In this document: one piece after another, positions 1-8,680 of the stretch
Position numbering within the stretch: the first letter of the stretch is position 1
Layout: each line of letters opens with the position of its first letter
Assembly: GCA_964550175.1 (NCBI GenBank)
Contig: CAZJXP010000001.1
Span: 706,774 to 770,773 of the forward strand
Source: an uncultured Methanosarcinales archaeon
GTDB taxonomy: Archaea; Nanobdellota; Nanobdellia; Woesearchaeales; ARS49
Reading direction: 5' to 3'
DNA length: 64,000 nt
Translations under genes and position numbers: made by a program
The notes under the pieces: model-generated
Told to the model about the DNA's origin: nothing
The model's input: only the letters and a program-made list of their open reading frames with translations
Database searches by the model: none

Positions 1-255
1 TTCTACCTCAGCATCGACGTCAAGGACGACGCAGCTGTCGGAAGCCATGTCTTCACCGCCACGATCAGCTCGGGCCAGCAGGTTGAGCAACTCGCGCTCA
101 CGGCAAATGTGACCGAAGCAGCATCCAGCATCTGGGCCACGTTGGCAAAGGTGTTCGGCATCGCAGTGCTCGTCGCATTGGTCCTTTTGGCGATCATGTT
201 GGTGTACAACCGCATGAGCGACGAAGACAAGACCGAGCCGCAGACGTACTACTAA
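1..255 (+). CDS. C-terminal fragment of cell-surface protein (CARDB-like beta domain + C-terminal TM anchor); continues upstream of window
   Basis: Frame 1 is open from nt 1 to TAA at 253-255. Product '...HVFTATISSGQQVEQL...IAVLVALVLLAIMLVY' ends in a hydrophobic anchor followed by an acidic tail. Paralogous to the next gene. Preferred over the 3..230 minus ORF. Confidence 0.5.
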   Translation, partial: FYLSIDVKDDAAVGSHVFTATISSGQQVEQLALTANVTEAASSIWATLAKVFGIAVLVALVLLAIMLVYNRMSDEDKTEPQTYY

Positions 256-284
256 ATTATTTTTTTTCCTTTTTTTTATTTAGT
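256..284 (+). terminator. T-rich archaeal-type terminator
   Basis: 'attattttttttccttttttttattt' directly after the stop codon. Confidence 0.4.
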
Positions 285-309
285 TTAGCGCATTGAATAT
301 GGGGGGCAA

Positions 310-2862
310 ATGAAACTTATCAATCTCGCATTGGTCCTGGTCCTTCTTGCTTCCGCTGTTTCCGCCCAATTCGTCGAAGACTTCTCCATTTCCTCAGAAC
401 CCACACTGCAGACGTTCCAAGGAACTCCGGCAGACTCACACTATCTCATCACCAACACGGGCAACGTCGCCTCGGGATATACGGTCTCGGTTGTTGATTC
501 TGACGCGGCATCCTGGGTCAAGCTCGGCCCGTTGAGCTTTTCGCTGCAGCCGGGACAGCAGCAAATCGTGCTGTTGCACCTTGATGTCCCTCGAGACGCG
601 GCTGTCGGCAGATATGATTTGCAGACGGTTTTCACTACTACGCTCGGCACAACGCTCGTTTCTGACCAGGACGTTCGCGTCGACGTCCCGCACAACATCG
701 ACCTAGAGGCGCCCGAATCAAAGGAAATCAAACCTTGCGGCACTGCGACGTACCCCATCACCATCTATAACACCGGCGCGTTCGCCGAAACCTTTGACCT
801 TTCCGTCAGCAAGAACCTCGCATCCGTTGCGACGTTCACCGATGACAACGTGGTTGTCGGCGCCGGCAAGAATGCAATCGTTACCTTGACTATCAAGCCC
901 GACGACTGCACCGTTTCTGGCGACAAGGAGTTCTCCGTCTTCGGCATCGCCGAAAGCACGAACGCGAAAGCCGAATTGGACTTGTTTTTGACCATACAAA
1001 ACCCGTTCATTCCTTCAATTGCTATTGATGATGCTCGTTTGACGATCGAAAGCGGCACGTTCAACGCGACCATCGTCAACACCGGCGACACGAAAGCTAC
1101 TTACAAGTTCGCGCTTGACGGTCCCGACTTCCTGAAAGTCACGCCGACACTTACGCTTGAGTCCGGAGCAGAAGGCACGATTGTTTTCACGTCAACGCCG
1201 GACGAAGAAGTTGCTCAGCAGAAGTATCCGGTCACGCTCAAGACCTCTGTTGAAGGGATCAACTACGAGCAGGACTTTGTCTTGACCGTCAAAGACCTCA
1301 GCTGGTTCGAGCGAAACCCCTGGCTAACGGCGGGATTGACCGTTGTGCTGATTATATTACTCATCGTCGGAGTCATCCTGTTGCAGCGCTGGATCGCGTA
1401 CACCAAGACCGACGAGTACCAAAAGAACAAGTCCGAAGCTGCGCGCGTCGCGGCCGAAGTCAAGGCGCAGCGCGAAGCCGAAAAGGCCGAGCTCGCGAAG
1501 GAGAAGGCGAAAGCAAAGGCAGCCGCCGAGAAGCAGCGCGAAGCCGATCGCAAGGCGAAGGAAATCGCGAAAGCAGCCGCCATCAAGGCGAAAGCGCAGG
1601 CGAAATTCGACAACGCCGTTGCGAAAGAACGCGAAGCCGCAAAGAAGGAAGCCGAACGCGAATTGAAAGCGACCAACGTGCTTGTCGCGAAAGAAAGCCT
1701 CCAAGGAGACACCGCGACCAAGCCGGGCAAAACCGGCTGGTGGATTGCGTTGCTGTTGCTGTTGCTCGTTCTGGCAGTCGTCGGCTATGGATTCCGAACC
1801 TACCTGATCGCGAACCTGTTCGCGTCACTTGCCGGCATCATCACGCTTGTTGTCGTCATCATTTTGTTCCTGTTCTACAAGAAGTTCTTCGGTGCGAAGC
1901 GCGTTACGCAAGAATGGACTGCGCTTAAGGCCCGCCGAGAAAACGAATTCGAGACGGGCTGGAAGCACGGACTTGGCCAATTGTGGATTCGCGTCAAGGA
2001 AGTCGTTCCGAACGTCAAGCTCACGCTCGTTGCGTCACGATCCAATCCGACGCTCATGGCGCCTGAAGGCGTCGTCTACCAGTACCTCTCCTTGCGTCCG
2101 GAAGGGCTCAATGAAGATTTGGTCGAGCGACAGCGATTCATTTTCCGTGTTTCTCGCCGATGGCTTGAAAACAACGACGTCTCCGAAGGAAACGTCAAGC
2201 TCATGAAGTACACCGATGACTGGAAAGGCATCGGCACCGAGAAGGTCCGTTCGGACGCCAAGTGGGTCTACTACAAGGCCGAGACGGTGGGCTTGGACAA
2301 CTTCGCAATCGTTGGCAAGAGCCGCACTGAGAAACAGACTCATTCAGGCCTGGCTCCCGGCTGGTGGTACGTCATCTTTGGCGCAATCATCCTCTTGGCG
2401 CTTTTTGGCGGCGCCTGGTATTTGGCAACCGCGGGCAGCGAAGGAACCATTCCGGTTCCGCCTTCTGGCGTCGGCATTCCGCCGCAAGTCTGGGACGAAG
2501 ACACCAAGCTCAGTATTGATTTGAAACAATACTTCGTCGATCCTGATGGAGATTCCTTGACGTTCACGAACACGCCTGTGCAGAACATCGTCGTCACGAT
2601 TTCGGGCATGGAAGCGACCTTGACTCCCGAGAAGGACTGGTTCGGCACGCGAAACATCACGTTTTCGGCCACGGATGGCAAGGGCGGCAAAGTCACCTCG
2701 AACAATGTCAGCCTGACCGTCCGCGACGTAGCGGAACCGACGTTCTGGACGAACCTATGGAACGGCATCCAGCACTACGCGGGCTACATCGTTGTCGGCA
2801 TCGTGCTGCTTGTAGTCTTGATTGCGATACTCGAGTATCGCAAGAGCTTTGTGAAAGCCTGA
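310..2862 (+). CDS. large polytopic cell-surface protein with CARDB-like domains and a Lys/Ala/Glu-rich coiled segment
   Basis: 850 aa. N-terminal signal peptide 'MKLINLALVLVLLASAVSAQ'; 'ITNTGNVASGYTVSV'-type beta-sandwich motifs; KAKAEAE low-complexity block; at least four hydrophobic TM segments. Confidence 0.6.
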   Translation: MKLINLALVLVLLASAVSAQFVEDFSISSEPTLQTFQGTPADSHYLITNTGNVASGYTVSVVDSDAASWVKLGPLSFSLQPGQQQIVLLHLDVPRDAAVGRYDLQTVFTTTLGTTLVSDQDVRVDVPHNIDLEAPESKEIKPCGTATYPITIYNTGAFAETFDLSVSKNLASVATFTDDNVVVGAGKNAIVTLTIKPDDCTVSGDKEFSVFGIAESTNAKAELDLFLTIQNPFIPSIAIDDARLTIESGTFNATIVNTGDTKATYKFALDGPDFLKVTPTLTLESGAEGTIVFTSTPDEEVAQQKYPVTLKTSVEGINYEQDFVLTVKDLSWFERNPWLTAGLTVVLIILLIVGVILLQRWIAYTKTDEYQKNKSEAARVAAEVKAQREAEKAELAKEKAKAKAAAEKQREADRKAKEIAKAAAIKAKAQAKFDNAVAKEREAAKKEAERELKATNVLVAKESLQGDTATKPGKTGWWIALLLLLLVLAVVGYGFRTYLIANLFASLAGIITLVVVIILFLFYKKFFGAKRVTQEWTALKARRENEFETGWKHGLGQLWIRVKEVVPNVKLTLVASRSNPTLMAPEGVVYQYLSLRPEGLNEDLVERQRFIFRVSRRWLENNDVSEGNVKLMKYTDDWKGIGTEKVRSDAKWVYYKAETVGLDNFAIVGKSRTEKQTHSGLAPGWWYVIFGAIILLALFGGAWYLATAGSEGTIPVPPSGVGIPPQVWDEDTKLSIDLKQYFVDPDGDSLTFTNTPVQNIVVTISGMEATLTPEKDWFGTRNITFSATDGKGGKVTSNNVSLTVRDVAEPTFWTNLWNGIQHYAGYIVVGIVLLVVLIAILEYRKSFVKA

Positions 2863-2892
2863 TTATTTTTCTGTTATTTTTTTCTTAGTAAC
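2863..2892 (+). terminator. T-rich terminator
   Basis: 'ttatttttctgttatttttttctt' after the stop codon. Confidence 0.4.
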
Positions 2893-2904
2893 CTTTAAAT
2901 AACT
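2893..2904 (+). promoter_or_regulatory. TATA box for tRNA-Trp
   Basis: 'cctttaaataac' about 32 nt upstream of the tRNA 5' end. Confidence 0.4.
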
Positions 2905-2935
2905 CTCGACGAGCCAGAATGCTAGAGACCTATGA

Positions 2936-3008
2936 GGGGACGTCGTCCAACCTGGCAGGACGGCCGCCTCCAGAGCGGCTAATCGGGGTTCAAATCCCTG
3001 CGTCCCCA
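2936..3008 (+). tRNA. tRNA-Trp (anticodon CCA)
   Basis: Hand-folded cloverleaf. Acceptor GGGGACG/CGTCCCC; D stem GTCC/GGAC; anticodon stem GCCGC/GCGGC with loop CTCCAGA; T arm CGGGG-TTCAAAT-CCCTG; 73 nt; no intron. Confidence 0.85.
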
Positions 3009-3350
3009 TAGCAGCGTATCACCGACTTTGATTGACGTTCTTTTGGGGATTTCCACAACATATCTCGCCTTGACTTTCGGCGAATACATCGCGAACGGGG
3101 AGAAGTTTTTCTTCACTTCGATGACCTTTCGGTCCTTGTTGAGGTAAAGCACGTCAATCGGGAAGAACACGAACCACATGTGCAGCGGGACGTGCTCGTC
3201 CTCCTTGAACGCGAACACCAAGGTTTTTTTCGGCGAAAACATCAATCCGCGGACCTGAGAGAGCAGTGAACGGCAGACGACCGCGTTTTTGAGCCGATGA
3301 TTCATGGCGTTGCAATCCTTAGTATCGTATTTAATGATTGCGCCATCCAT
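2979..3350 (-). CDS. DUF192-family protein
   Basis: 'RGLMFSPK...LVFAFKEDEHVPLHMWFVFFPIDVLYL' matches the DUF192 core. The 3' ~30 nt overlap tRNA-Trp on the opposite strand, so the true C-terminus is uncertain. Confidence 0.5.
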   Translation of the reverse strand: MDGAIIKYDTKDCNAMNHRLKNAVVCRSLLSQVRGLMFSPKKTLVFAFKEDEHVPLHMWFVFFPIDVLYLNKDRKVIEVKKNFSPFAMYSPKVKARYVVEIPKRTSIKVGDTLLWGRRDLNPD

Positions 3351-3383
3351 AATTATTTAAATCTCTCAGACATTGTTTTCATT

Positions 3384-3947
3384 GTGAAAGAGGTCTTGGT
3401 CAAGAAGGGACGCATCCGCGCGAAGATTAACGTGCCGGGCGTCGCGCTTGACATAAACGTCGCGCATTCTGCTGCTAGTTTGCGGGAAGTGCGACGGATT
3501 CTTGACACTCTTCGGCAGCAGGACGTTATTGTTGAGCAGGACCCGTACAACTGGCAGTTTTCTGAAGAGTTAAGGTCATCCCCCGCGGCGATGGATTTTA
3601 TTAGACAGGCGTCGCGCGCGGAGCAGGGGACGCTCTACCGCAAATTATCGTTTGACAATCTCCGTGTCGTCGACACGTACAAGAAAGAGTTTTTTTCAAC
3701 GCTGGACCCGGTGAAAACCAAAGAGGCAATCAAAACGCAACTGTCTGATGTCGATGGCGACGTCAGATTCGGGCTTGTGCACATCATCGGCACGGTGTCG
3801 AAAGATGACAAAGCGTTGCTTGTTGATTTGGTGCGCAAACGATTCGGCAACGCCGAGCTGAAGACGCAGTTCACGCACAAAGACGTGTTAGGTAAGACGG
3901 TAGTTGAGATGGTGCTGTTCGGGTCGCTGCAGAGAGATGAGTTCTAG
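3384..3947 (+). CDS. hypothetical protein
   Basis: Long ORF. Probable GTG start about 25 nt after the TATA-like 'aattatttaaatc'. No recognisable motifs. Confidence 0.4.
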   Translation: MKEVLVKKGRIRAKINVPGVALDINVAHSAASLREVRRILDTLRQQDVIVEQDPYNWQFSEELRSSPAAMDFIRQASRAEQGTLYRKLSFDNLRVVDTYKKEFFSTLDPVKTKEAIKTQLSDVDGDVRFGLVHIIGTVSKDDKALLVDLVRKRFGNAELKTQFTHKDVLGKTVVEMVLFGSLQRDEF

Positions 3948-3955
3948 CAGAGTTA

Positions 3956-4056
3956 CCTTTTTACCGCCCCGATTCGAACCGTTGGCTCAATTGAATTCAA
4001 AATTATTGCCGTACGCTACGACAAAAAGAGCCGGTAAAAAGTTTGGGCGGTAAAGA
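3956..4056. repeat. MITE-like interspersed repeat, copy A (TIR 'ctttttaccgccc' ... 'gggcggtaaagag')
   Basis: Shares a head and tail with copies at 6604, 10403, 16304, 20829, 30807 and 61137. Confidence 0.55.
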
Positions 4057-4067
4057 GCTTAACGACG

Positions 4068-5774
4068 TTAACGTTGTATTTCTTTCAAGAACTTCTTTGT
4101 CGGCAACGTGTTCACCACGTCCTTCGCCTCCAACCAGCCTCTCCGTGCCTGCGCGACGCCGAGCTCCATGAATCGCAGATGGTCGACGCTGTGGCTGTCG
4201 GTGTTGATGATGAATTTTGATTTGAGCGCTTTCGCGGCCCTGATGTGCGTGTCTTTCAAATCCAATCGGCTGGGCGAACTGTTGATTTCAAGGAAAACTC
4301 CCGTATCGGCGCAGGCCTGCGCGACAGATTCGAAATCGAAATCAATGGGCTCGCGCGCGTTTATCAGCCGACCGGTCGGGTGGCTTATCGCCGTTATATT
4401 TCCCGACTGGATGGCCTTGAGGTAGCGCTGCGTGGCTGCGGCGCGGTCTGGCGTGAAGCGCTGATGCGAACTAGCCATAACTATGTCGAGCTGCTTCAAG
4501 ATTGCTGGCTTGTAGTCGAGACTGCCGTCCTTTTTGATGTCCACTTCGCTACCTTTGAGGATGGTGACGTCAGAATACTTTTTTTGCAGCTTGTCAATCT
4601 CTTCGCAGTGCTTGAGCAGCCGTTTTTCGTCCAGTCCGTTGGCGATGACTGAGCTTTTGCTGTGGTCGGTGATCGCGAGATAGTCATAGCCTTGCTTGAT
4701 TGCGGCTTGCACCATCTCTTCCGTCGTGTTGTTCCCGTCGCTCCAGCGCGTGTGCATGTGGCAGTCGCCCCGCATCGCGTCGTACGGAATCAGGGTCGGA
4801 AGCTTCTTTGCTTCTATTTCGCCCGTGTTCTCGCGAATTTCGGGCGCGGGATACGGAAGATTGAGCTTCTTGTAGATGTCCTTTTCAGTCTTGCCCGCGA
4901 CATACGTTCCTTTGCGGGTGAACAGCCCGTATTCGTTGAGCTTGAACCCCTTGTCGATCGCGATCTGTCGCACGCGGACGTTGTGCTCCTTGCTGCCGGT
5001 GAAGTATTGCATCGCCGCGCCGAACGATTTCGGCTCGAGCACGCGAACGTCGGCCTGCAGGTTGCCGATGAGGATGGCTGATTTTGTCGGGCCTTTCGCC
5101 AGGACTCTCGTGACGTCAGACATCGTCGTGAAGAAGTCCATGACTCTTGAGGGGTTCTTGCTAGTGACTAAGATGTCGATGTCCGCGATGGTCTCCTTTC
5201 TTCGTCGGACGCTGCCGGCGACTTCGGCGCGGTCGACGCCCTGAATGGTTTGCAGTCGTGCTTGGAGCTCGCGCGCTATGTCAAGCCCGGTGACGAGCAA
5301 TTTTCTTTCCTGGCCTTGCGCGTGCAGGCTCAATCCCTTCAGAATCTCCTGCTCGCTCTTCTCGCCGAAACCTGCGAGCTTTCGTATTTTGCCTGACTCT
5401 GCGGCCTTCTGCAAGTCGCGCAAGCTTTTGATGTTCAGTTTTTTGTTGAGAATGACTGCCCGTTTCGGTCCGAGACCGGGGATGTGCATCATCTCGTCGA
5501 CCCCTTTCGGAATGCGCTTTTCTAACTCTTTTAGCTCCTTGATTTTGCCGGTTGTCAGGAACTCCTCGGTCTTGTTCGCTATCGCTTCGCCTACGCCCGG
5601 AAGCTCCTTCAGCGCGGCCATGCCGCCTTTTGCGTAGATGTCCTCGATGGGCTTGCTCAAGGTTTCGATTGTTCTCGCGGCTTTACGAAAGGCGTTCGGC
5701 TTCCATTGCACGGCGAGAATTTCGAGCAGGTCGGCGATTTCGTAGAAGATGTCAGCTAGTTCTTGGTTCTTCAT
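4068..5774 (-). CDS. polX: DNA polymerase X family with C-terminal PHP phosphoesterase domain
   Basis: N-terminal HhH 'GIGEAIANKTEEF'; pol-beta palm; PHP motifs 'GDCHMHTRWSDG', 'AITDH', 'SHPTG', 'NTDSH'. Confidence 0.9.
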   Translation of the reverse strand: MKNQELADIFYEIADLLEILAVQWKPNAFRKAARTIETLSKPIEDIYAKGGMAALKELPGVGEAIANKTEEFLTTGKIKELKELEKRIPKGVDEMMHIPGLGPKRAVILNKKLNIKSLRDLQKAAESGKIRKLAGFGEKSEQEILKGLSLHAQGQERKLLVTGLDIARELQARLQTIQGVDRAEVAGSVRRRKETIADIDILVTSKNPSRVMDFFTTMSDVTRVLAKGPTKSAILIGNLQADVRVLEPKSFGAAMQYFTGSKEHNVRVRQIAIDKGFKLNEYGLFTRKGTYVAGKTEKDIYKKLNLPYPAPEIRENTGEIEAKKLPTLIPYDAMRGDCHMHTRWSDGNNTTEEMVQAAIKQGYDYLAITDHSKSSVIANGLDEKRLLKHCEEIDKLQKKYSDVTILKGSEVDIKKDGSLDYKPAILKQLDIVMASSHQRFTPDRAAATQRYLKAIQSGNITAISHPTGRLINAREPIDFDFESVAQACADTGVFLEINSSPSRLDLKDTHIRAAKALKSKFIINTDSHSVDHLRFMELGVAQARRGWLEAKDVVNTLPTKKFLKEIQR

Positions 5775-6223
5775 TGCTCGACCTTCACCTTTTCAACGAT
5801 TGTGAATTCGATGGGACGCCCGTGCGTGTCATATGCAGCAACACGGTTGAACGTGTACGGCCGGCAGATGATGAGGTTGACAAGGCCCATCGTAAACAGC
5901 CCTCGCTTGTCCATGCTGCTAGGCAGGTTGTTGAAGCTCGGATGGCTGTGGACGGTCCCTACTACTTCGTGCAGCAATGGAAGGTCGGCGCTGATGATTG
6001 CCTGGCTCTCGTTCGCGTGGTAGTGCTCGTAGACGATGCCCTTAACGTAGAGAATCTTGTTCGTGACCTTTCCTTGTAGGTAGGCCGAGAACTCGTTCGG
6101 ATGGGCGTTCTTCGCGAACTCGATGACGGTCTGGATGACTTGGCGTTCGACGAAGACCGAATGGAAGACATACTCCTCAAGCCCCGAGGCTCGGAGAGTC
6201 CAACGCATCAGCTTCTTCCACAT
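5771..6223 (-). CDS. JAB/MPN (JAMM) metalloprotease, RadC-like
   Basis: JAMM motif 'HSHPSFNNLPSSMD' (HxHx7Sx2D); 4-nt overlap with polX. Confidence 0.75.
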   Translation of the reverse strand: MWKKLMRWTLRASGLEEYVFHSVFVERQVIQTVIEFAKNAHPNEFSAYLQGKVTNKILYVKGIVYEHYHANESQAIISADLPLLHEVVGTVHSHPSFNNLPSSMDKRGLFTMGLVNLIICRPYTFNRVAAYDTHGRPIEFTIVEKVKVEQ

Positions 6224-6348
6224 GCTATTGTTATCGGTGGTTGAGGTTAAAGAGCTTTTCGTCTTGTGAAAGTCAGTTTTCGGATTTTTTACTTGGGACT
6301 TTCACAAGACGGGCAAAGTTTAAATAGCGTTGGTGATGGGATGAGCGC

Positions 6349-6570
6349 ATGGGATGCACCGCATGCAACGCGCCGTTGGCGCCGAACGACAAGTTCTGCG
6401 CAGCCTGCGGCGCGGTCCAGCAAAATGCCGCTCAGGTTTCTGAGATTATCGAGGATAGCGCTGACAACCAGGTCACGACCACGTGCGACAGATGCGGCGC
6501 GGGCTTGGTTTCGGGACAGATATTCTGCACCGTGTGCGGCAAACCTTCAGTTCAACTCGGCGAAGAGTGA
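6349..6570 (+). CDS. double zinc-ribbon protein
   Basis: 'CTACNAP...CAACG' and 'CDRCGAG...CTVCG'; TATA 'gtttaaatagc' about 25 nt upstream. Confidence 0.5.
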   Translation: MGCTACNAPLAPNDKFCAACGAVQQNAAQVSEIIEDSADNQVTTTCDRCGAGLVSGQIFCTVCGKPSVQLGEE

Positions 6571-6603
6571 GTTTGTAGTAGTCTTGGTTTCCTTGCCGTT
6601 CTT

Positions 6604-6687
6604 TTCCCAGGCAGATTTTGAGTAGTTTAGGCAATAATTCTATTTTGAATAGAGCCAACGGTTCTAATCTGGGCGGTAAAAAGTTTG
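6604..6687. repeat. MITE-like repeat, copy B (inverted orientation)
   Basis: Starts 'cagattttgagtag' and ends 'gggcggtaaaaag'. Confidence 0.55.
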
Positions 6688-6767
6688 CTTGGGAGAGCTT
6701 ACGTCGACAAAAACTATTGGCATTCATCACCATAATCCTTAAAAACACCTGCCACTCTGGAATAGTC

Positions 6768-7184
6768 ATGGACGAACGTCGACAACAGCTCAGGCGCGAT
6801 ATGGACTCCTACCTTTCGCAGCGGCGAAAGTCGGACTGGGGATTCTTTTCGAAGCCTGTTCTGCACCCGACGGTCCATCCTTACAAGAATAAGGAAATGA
6901 AGGAGGAATCGACCGTGGAATCATCCGAATCAACCGAACAAAAGAAAGGCTGGCTTTCCGGCATGGTCGACAAGCTCTTCGGCGAAGCGGCCGATGAAGA
7001 CGTTCCGGCAGAAGCGGTTTCTCAGGTTACTTCCACTGATGCGTCTGCTGACTTGAAGGAATTGGCGCGAATCTCGCTCGCGGTGATGAAGAAGATGCCG
7101 GGCGACCTCGTGCACGAGTTCAAGCAGTCCGCCGATTACGACCGATTCAAGGAACTTCTCCGCAAGCACCAACTCATCAAATGA
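6768..7184 (+). CDS. hypothetical protein
   Basis: The ORF-track start at 6618 lies inside repeat B, so the first Met after the repeat is used. The stop overlaps the next start (ATGA). Confidence 0.4.
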   Translation: MDERRQQLRRDMDSYLSQRRKSDWGFFSKPVLHPTVHPYKNKEMKEESTVESSESTEQKKGWLSGMVDKLFGEAADEDVPAEAVSQVTSTDASADLKELARISLAVMKKMPGDLVHEFKQSADYDRFKELLRKHQLIK

Positions 7185-7387
7185 GACTATTCGCTCTTTT
7201 CTGTCTGCTTTTGGTTCTTGCCGCGTGTTCGACGCCTTCTGAAAAGCCGGTTGCCGGCGGCGAGCAGGCGCCGAGCTGCATGTGCACGGCAAATTACGCT
7301 CCTGTGTGCGGCTCAGACGGGAAGACGTACAGCAACTCTTGCTTCGCGAATTGCGTGAAAGTAACTTTTGTCGAAGGCGAGTGCTAG
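7181..7387 (+). CDS. lipoprotein with Kazal-type serine-protease-inhibitor domain
   Basis: Lipobox 'LVLAAC'; Kazal signature 'C-MC-x7-PVCGSDGKTYSNSCFANC-x9-C' with six Cys. Confidence 0.65.
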   Translation: MRLFALFCLLLVLAACSTPSEKPVAGGEQAPSCMCTANYAPVCGSDGKTYSNSCFANCVKVTFVEGEC

Positions 7388-8259
7388 TTTCTCCAGAGAA
7401 GAAGCGCGTCGTTGCTTAAGCTGAATTTGTTTCCGTCCGTTGTCAACGTCAACGTCCCTTTCTCGTCCGTGCGGTAGACGTTGTTGTCCGTTTGGGCGTT
7501 CAAGCGCGTCATTACTTCCTGTCCCGGATGGCCGTATTGGTTGTTCAGGCCGACGCTGATCAATGCGACGGACGGGTTGATGGCGCTCACGAATTCTGCC
7601 GTGCTTGAGGTCTTGCTGCCGTGGTGGCCCGCGACGTAGACGTCGCTTTCTAATTGCGCGCCGTATTGGTTGATGACGGCGTGCTCGCACGCGCTTTCGC
7701 AGTCGCCTGGTAGTAGGATGCTTGTGTTTTTGTACGTGATTTTTAGGACGATGCTGTTGTCGTTATCGCCGTTGAATGCCAATGGTGTGTCTGGGTTGAG
7801 AACGTCAATCTGCGCCCCGCCGACGAGGAAAGACTGTCCGTCGTGCCAGTCCAAAAGAACGCTGCCTTCTATTTCGGCTTTCGTGTTCAATGAGGCGCAC
7901 GTTTTCGTGTCGCAGGGGACCTTCGGCTGCAGGTAATTCTTGATTTTAACCGTGTCAAAGGCCTTGATTAATCCGGCGGCATGATCTGAGTCGAGATTGC
8001 TGATCATTGCGTAGTCTATCGTCGTTATGCTGTAGTTCTCGAGGTAGCTGACGAGCCGGGTTCCGCTCTTGCCGGCGTCGTACAGCAGGGTTTCGTTGTC
8101 GGGCAGCTTGATGAGAATGGCCTGCCCTTGGCCGACGTCGAGCATCATGAGGGTCAGGATGCCTTCGGGGAAGGCTATTTTAGCGGGTTGGGGGTCGTTT
8201 ATGACGTTTCCCGTGACACAGCCGGCCAAAAGGAGGGCTAAAACGAGCTGCAGTTTCAT
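7384..8259 (-). CDS. MBL-fold metallo-hydrolase lipoprotein (ComEC C-terminal-domain-like)
   Basis: Lipobox 'LLAGC'; 'DVGQGQAILI', 'HxxxD' and 'AGHHGS' beta-lactamase-fold motifs. Confidence 0.7.
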   Translation of the reverse strand: MKLQLVLALLLAGCVTGNVINDPQPAKIAFPEGILTLMMLDVGQGQAILIKLPDNETLLYDAGKSGTRLVSYLENYSITTIDYAMISNLDSDHAAGLIKAFDTVKIKNYLQPKVPCDTKTCASLNTKAEIEGSVLLDWHDGQSFLVGGAQIDVLNPDTPLAFNGDNDNSIVLKITYKNTSILLPGDCESACEHAVINQYGAQLESDVYVAGHHGSKTSSTAEFVSAINPSVALISVGLNNQYGHPGQEVMTRLNAQTDNNVYRTDEKGTLTLTTDGNKFSLSNDALLLWRN

Positions 8260-8529
8260 GCCATTTTCATGAGTGGGACGTCTATAAAAGCCTTCGGAAG
8301 GCTTATATTTCAGGTCGTTTTACCTGTCAGATACTACTCCAGAGTGCTCTTAAATAGAAAGGTTTATATACCCTTTACACTATATCGTAGTAGTAACTCA
8401 AGTTATAATCACCTCTTTTTCCCGCGCGTACGCCCGCAAGGACGTGCGCTCGGGTTTCAACACTGCTTGACGACAGTCTCTTGGGGATAGTTTAGTTGTG
8501 TTTCGTTTGCTCTCCTTGACGCTCTTTTC

Positions 8530-8662
8530 CCCGGCAGATTTTGAGTACGTTTAATCGTCTTTAGAATTCTAGAAGTAACGACGATACAAAACGTGGCGGT
8601 ACAATCCGAATCCAGTTGGTTCGGATGTACAACAGGACTTGTCCTGTTCGTAAAAAGAGACT
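8530..8662. repeat. composite repeat, copy G (MITE tail + palindromic hairpin modules)
   Basis: 'ccggcagattttgag...gtggcggtac' + 'aatccgaatccagttggttcggatgtac' + 'acaggacttgtcctgt'. Same composite as 61091-61235, inverted. Confidence 0.5.
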
Positions 8663-8680
8663 TGATGGGCAGTGCAGAAA

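Noticed and set aside
3-230. 75-aa minus-strand ORF at the window start
   Set aside because: The plus-strand frame 1..255 is open to the window edge and encodes a coherent surface-protein C-terminus paralogous to the next gene. The minus ORF is its antisense shadow.
1263-1730. Antisense ORFs inside the large surface-protein gene (and similar ones inside topA 12253-12690, hppA 22543-22959, polX 4245-5081)
   Set aside because: They lie fully within strongly supported genes on the other strand or frame, have low-complexity Arg/Ala/Ser-rich products typical of GC-rich antisense frames, and have no promoter or start context.
6618-6767. N-terminal 50 codons of the ORF 6618..7184
   Set aside because: This part is encoded by the MITE-like repeat copy B itself (the same sequence recurs in non-coding contexts), so the start was moved to the first Met after the repeat.
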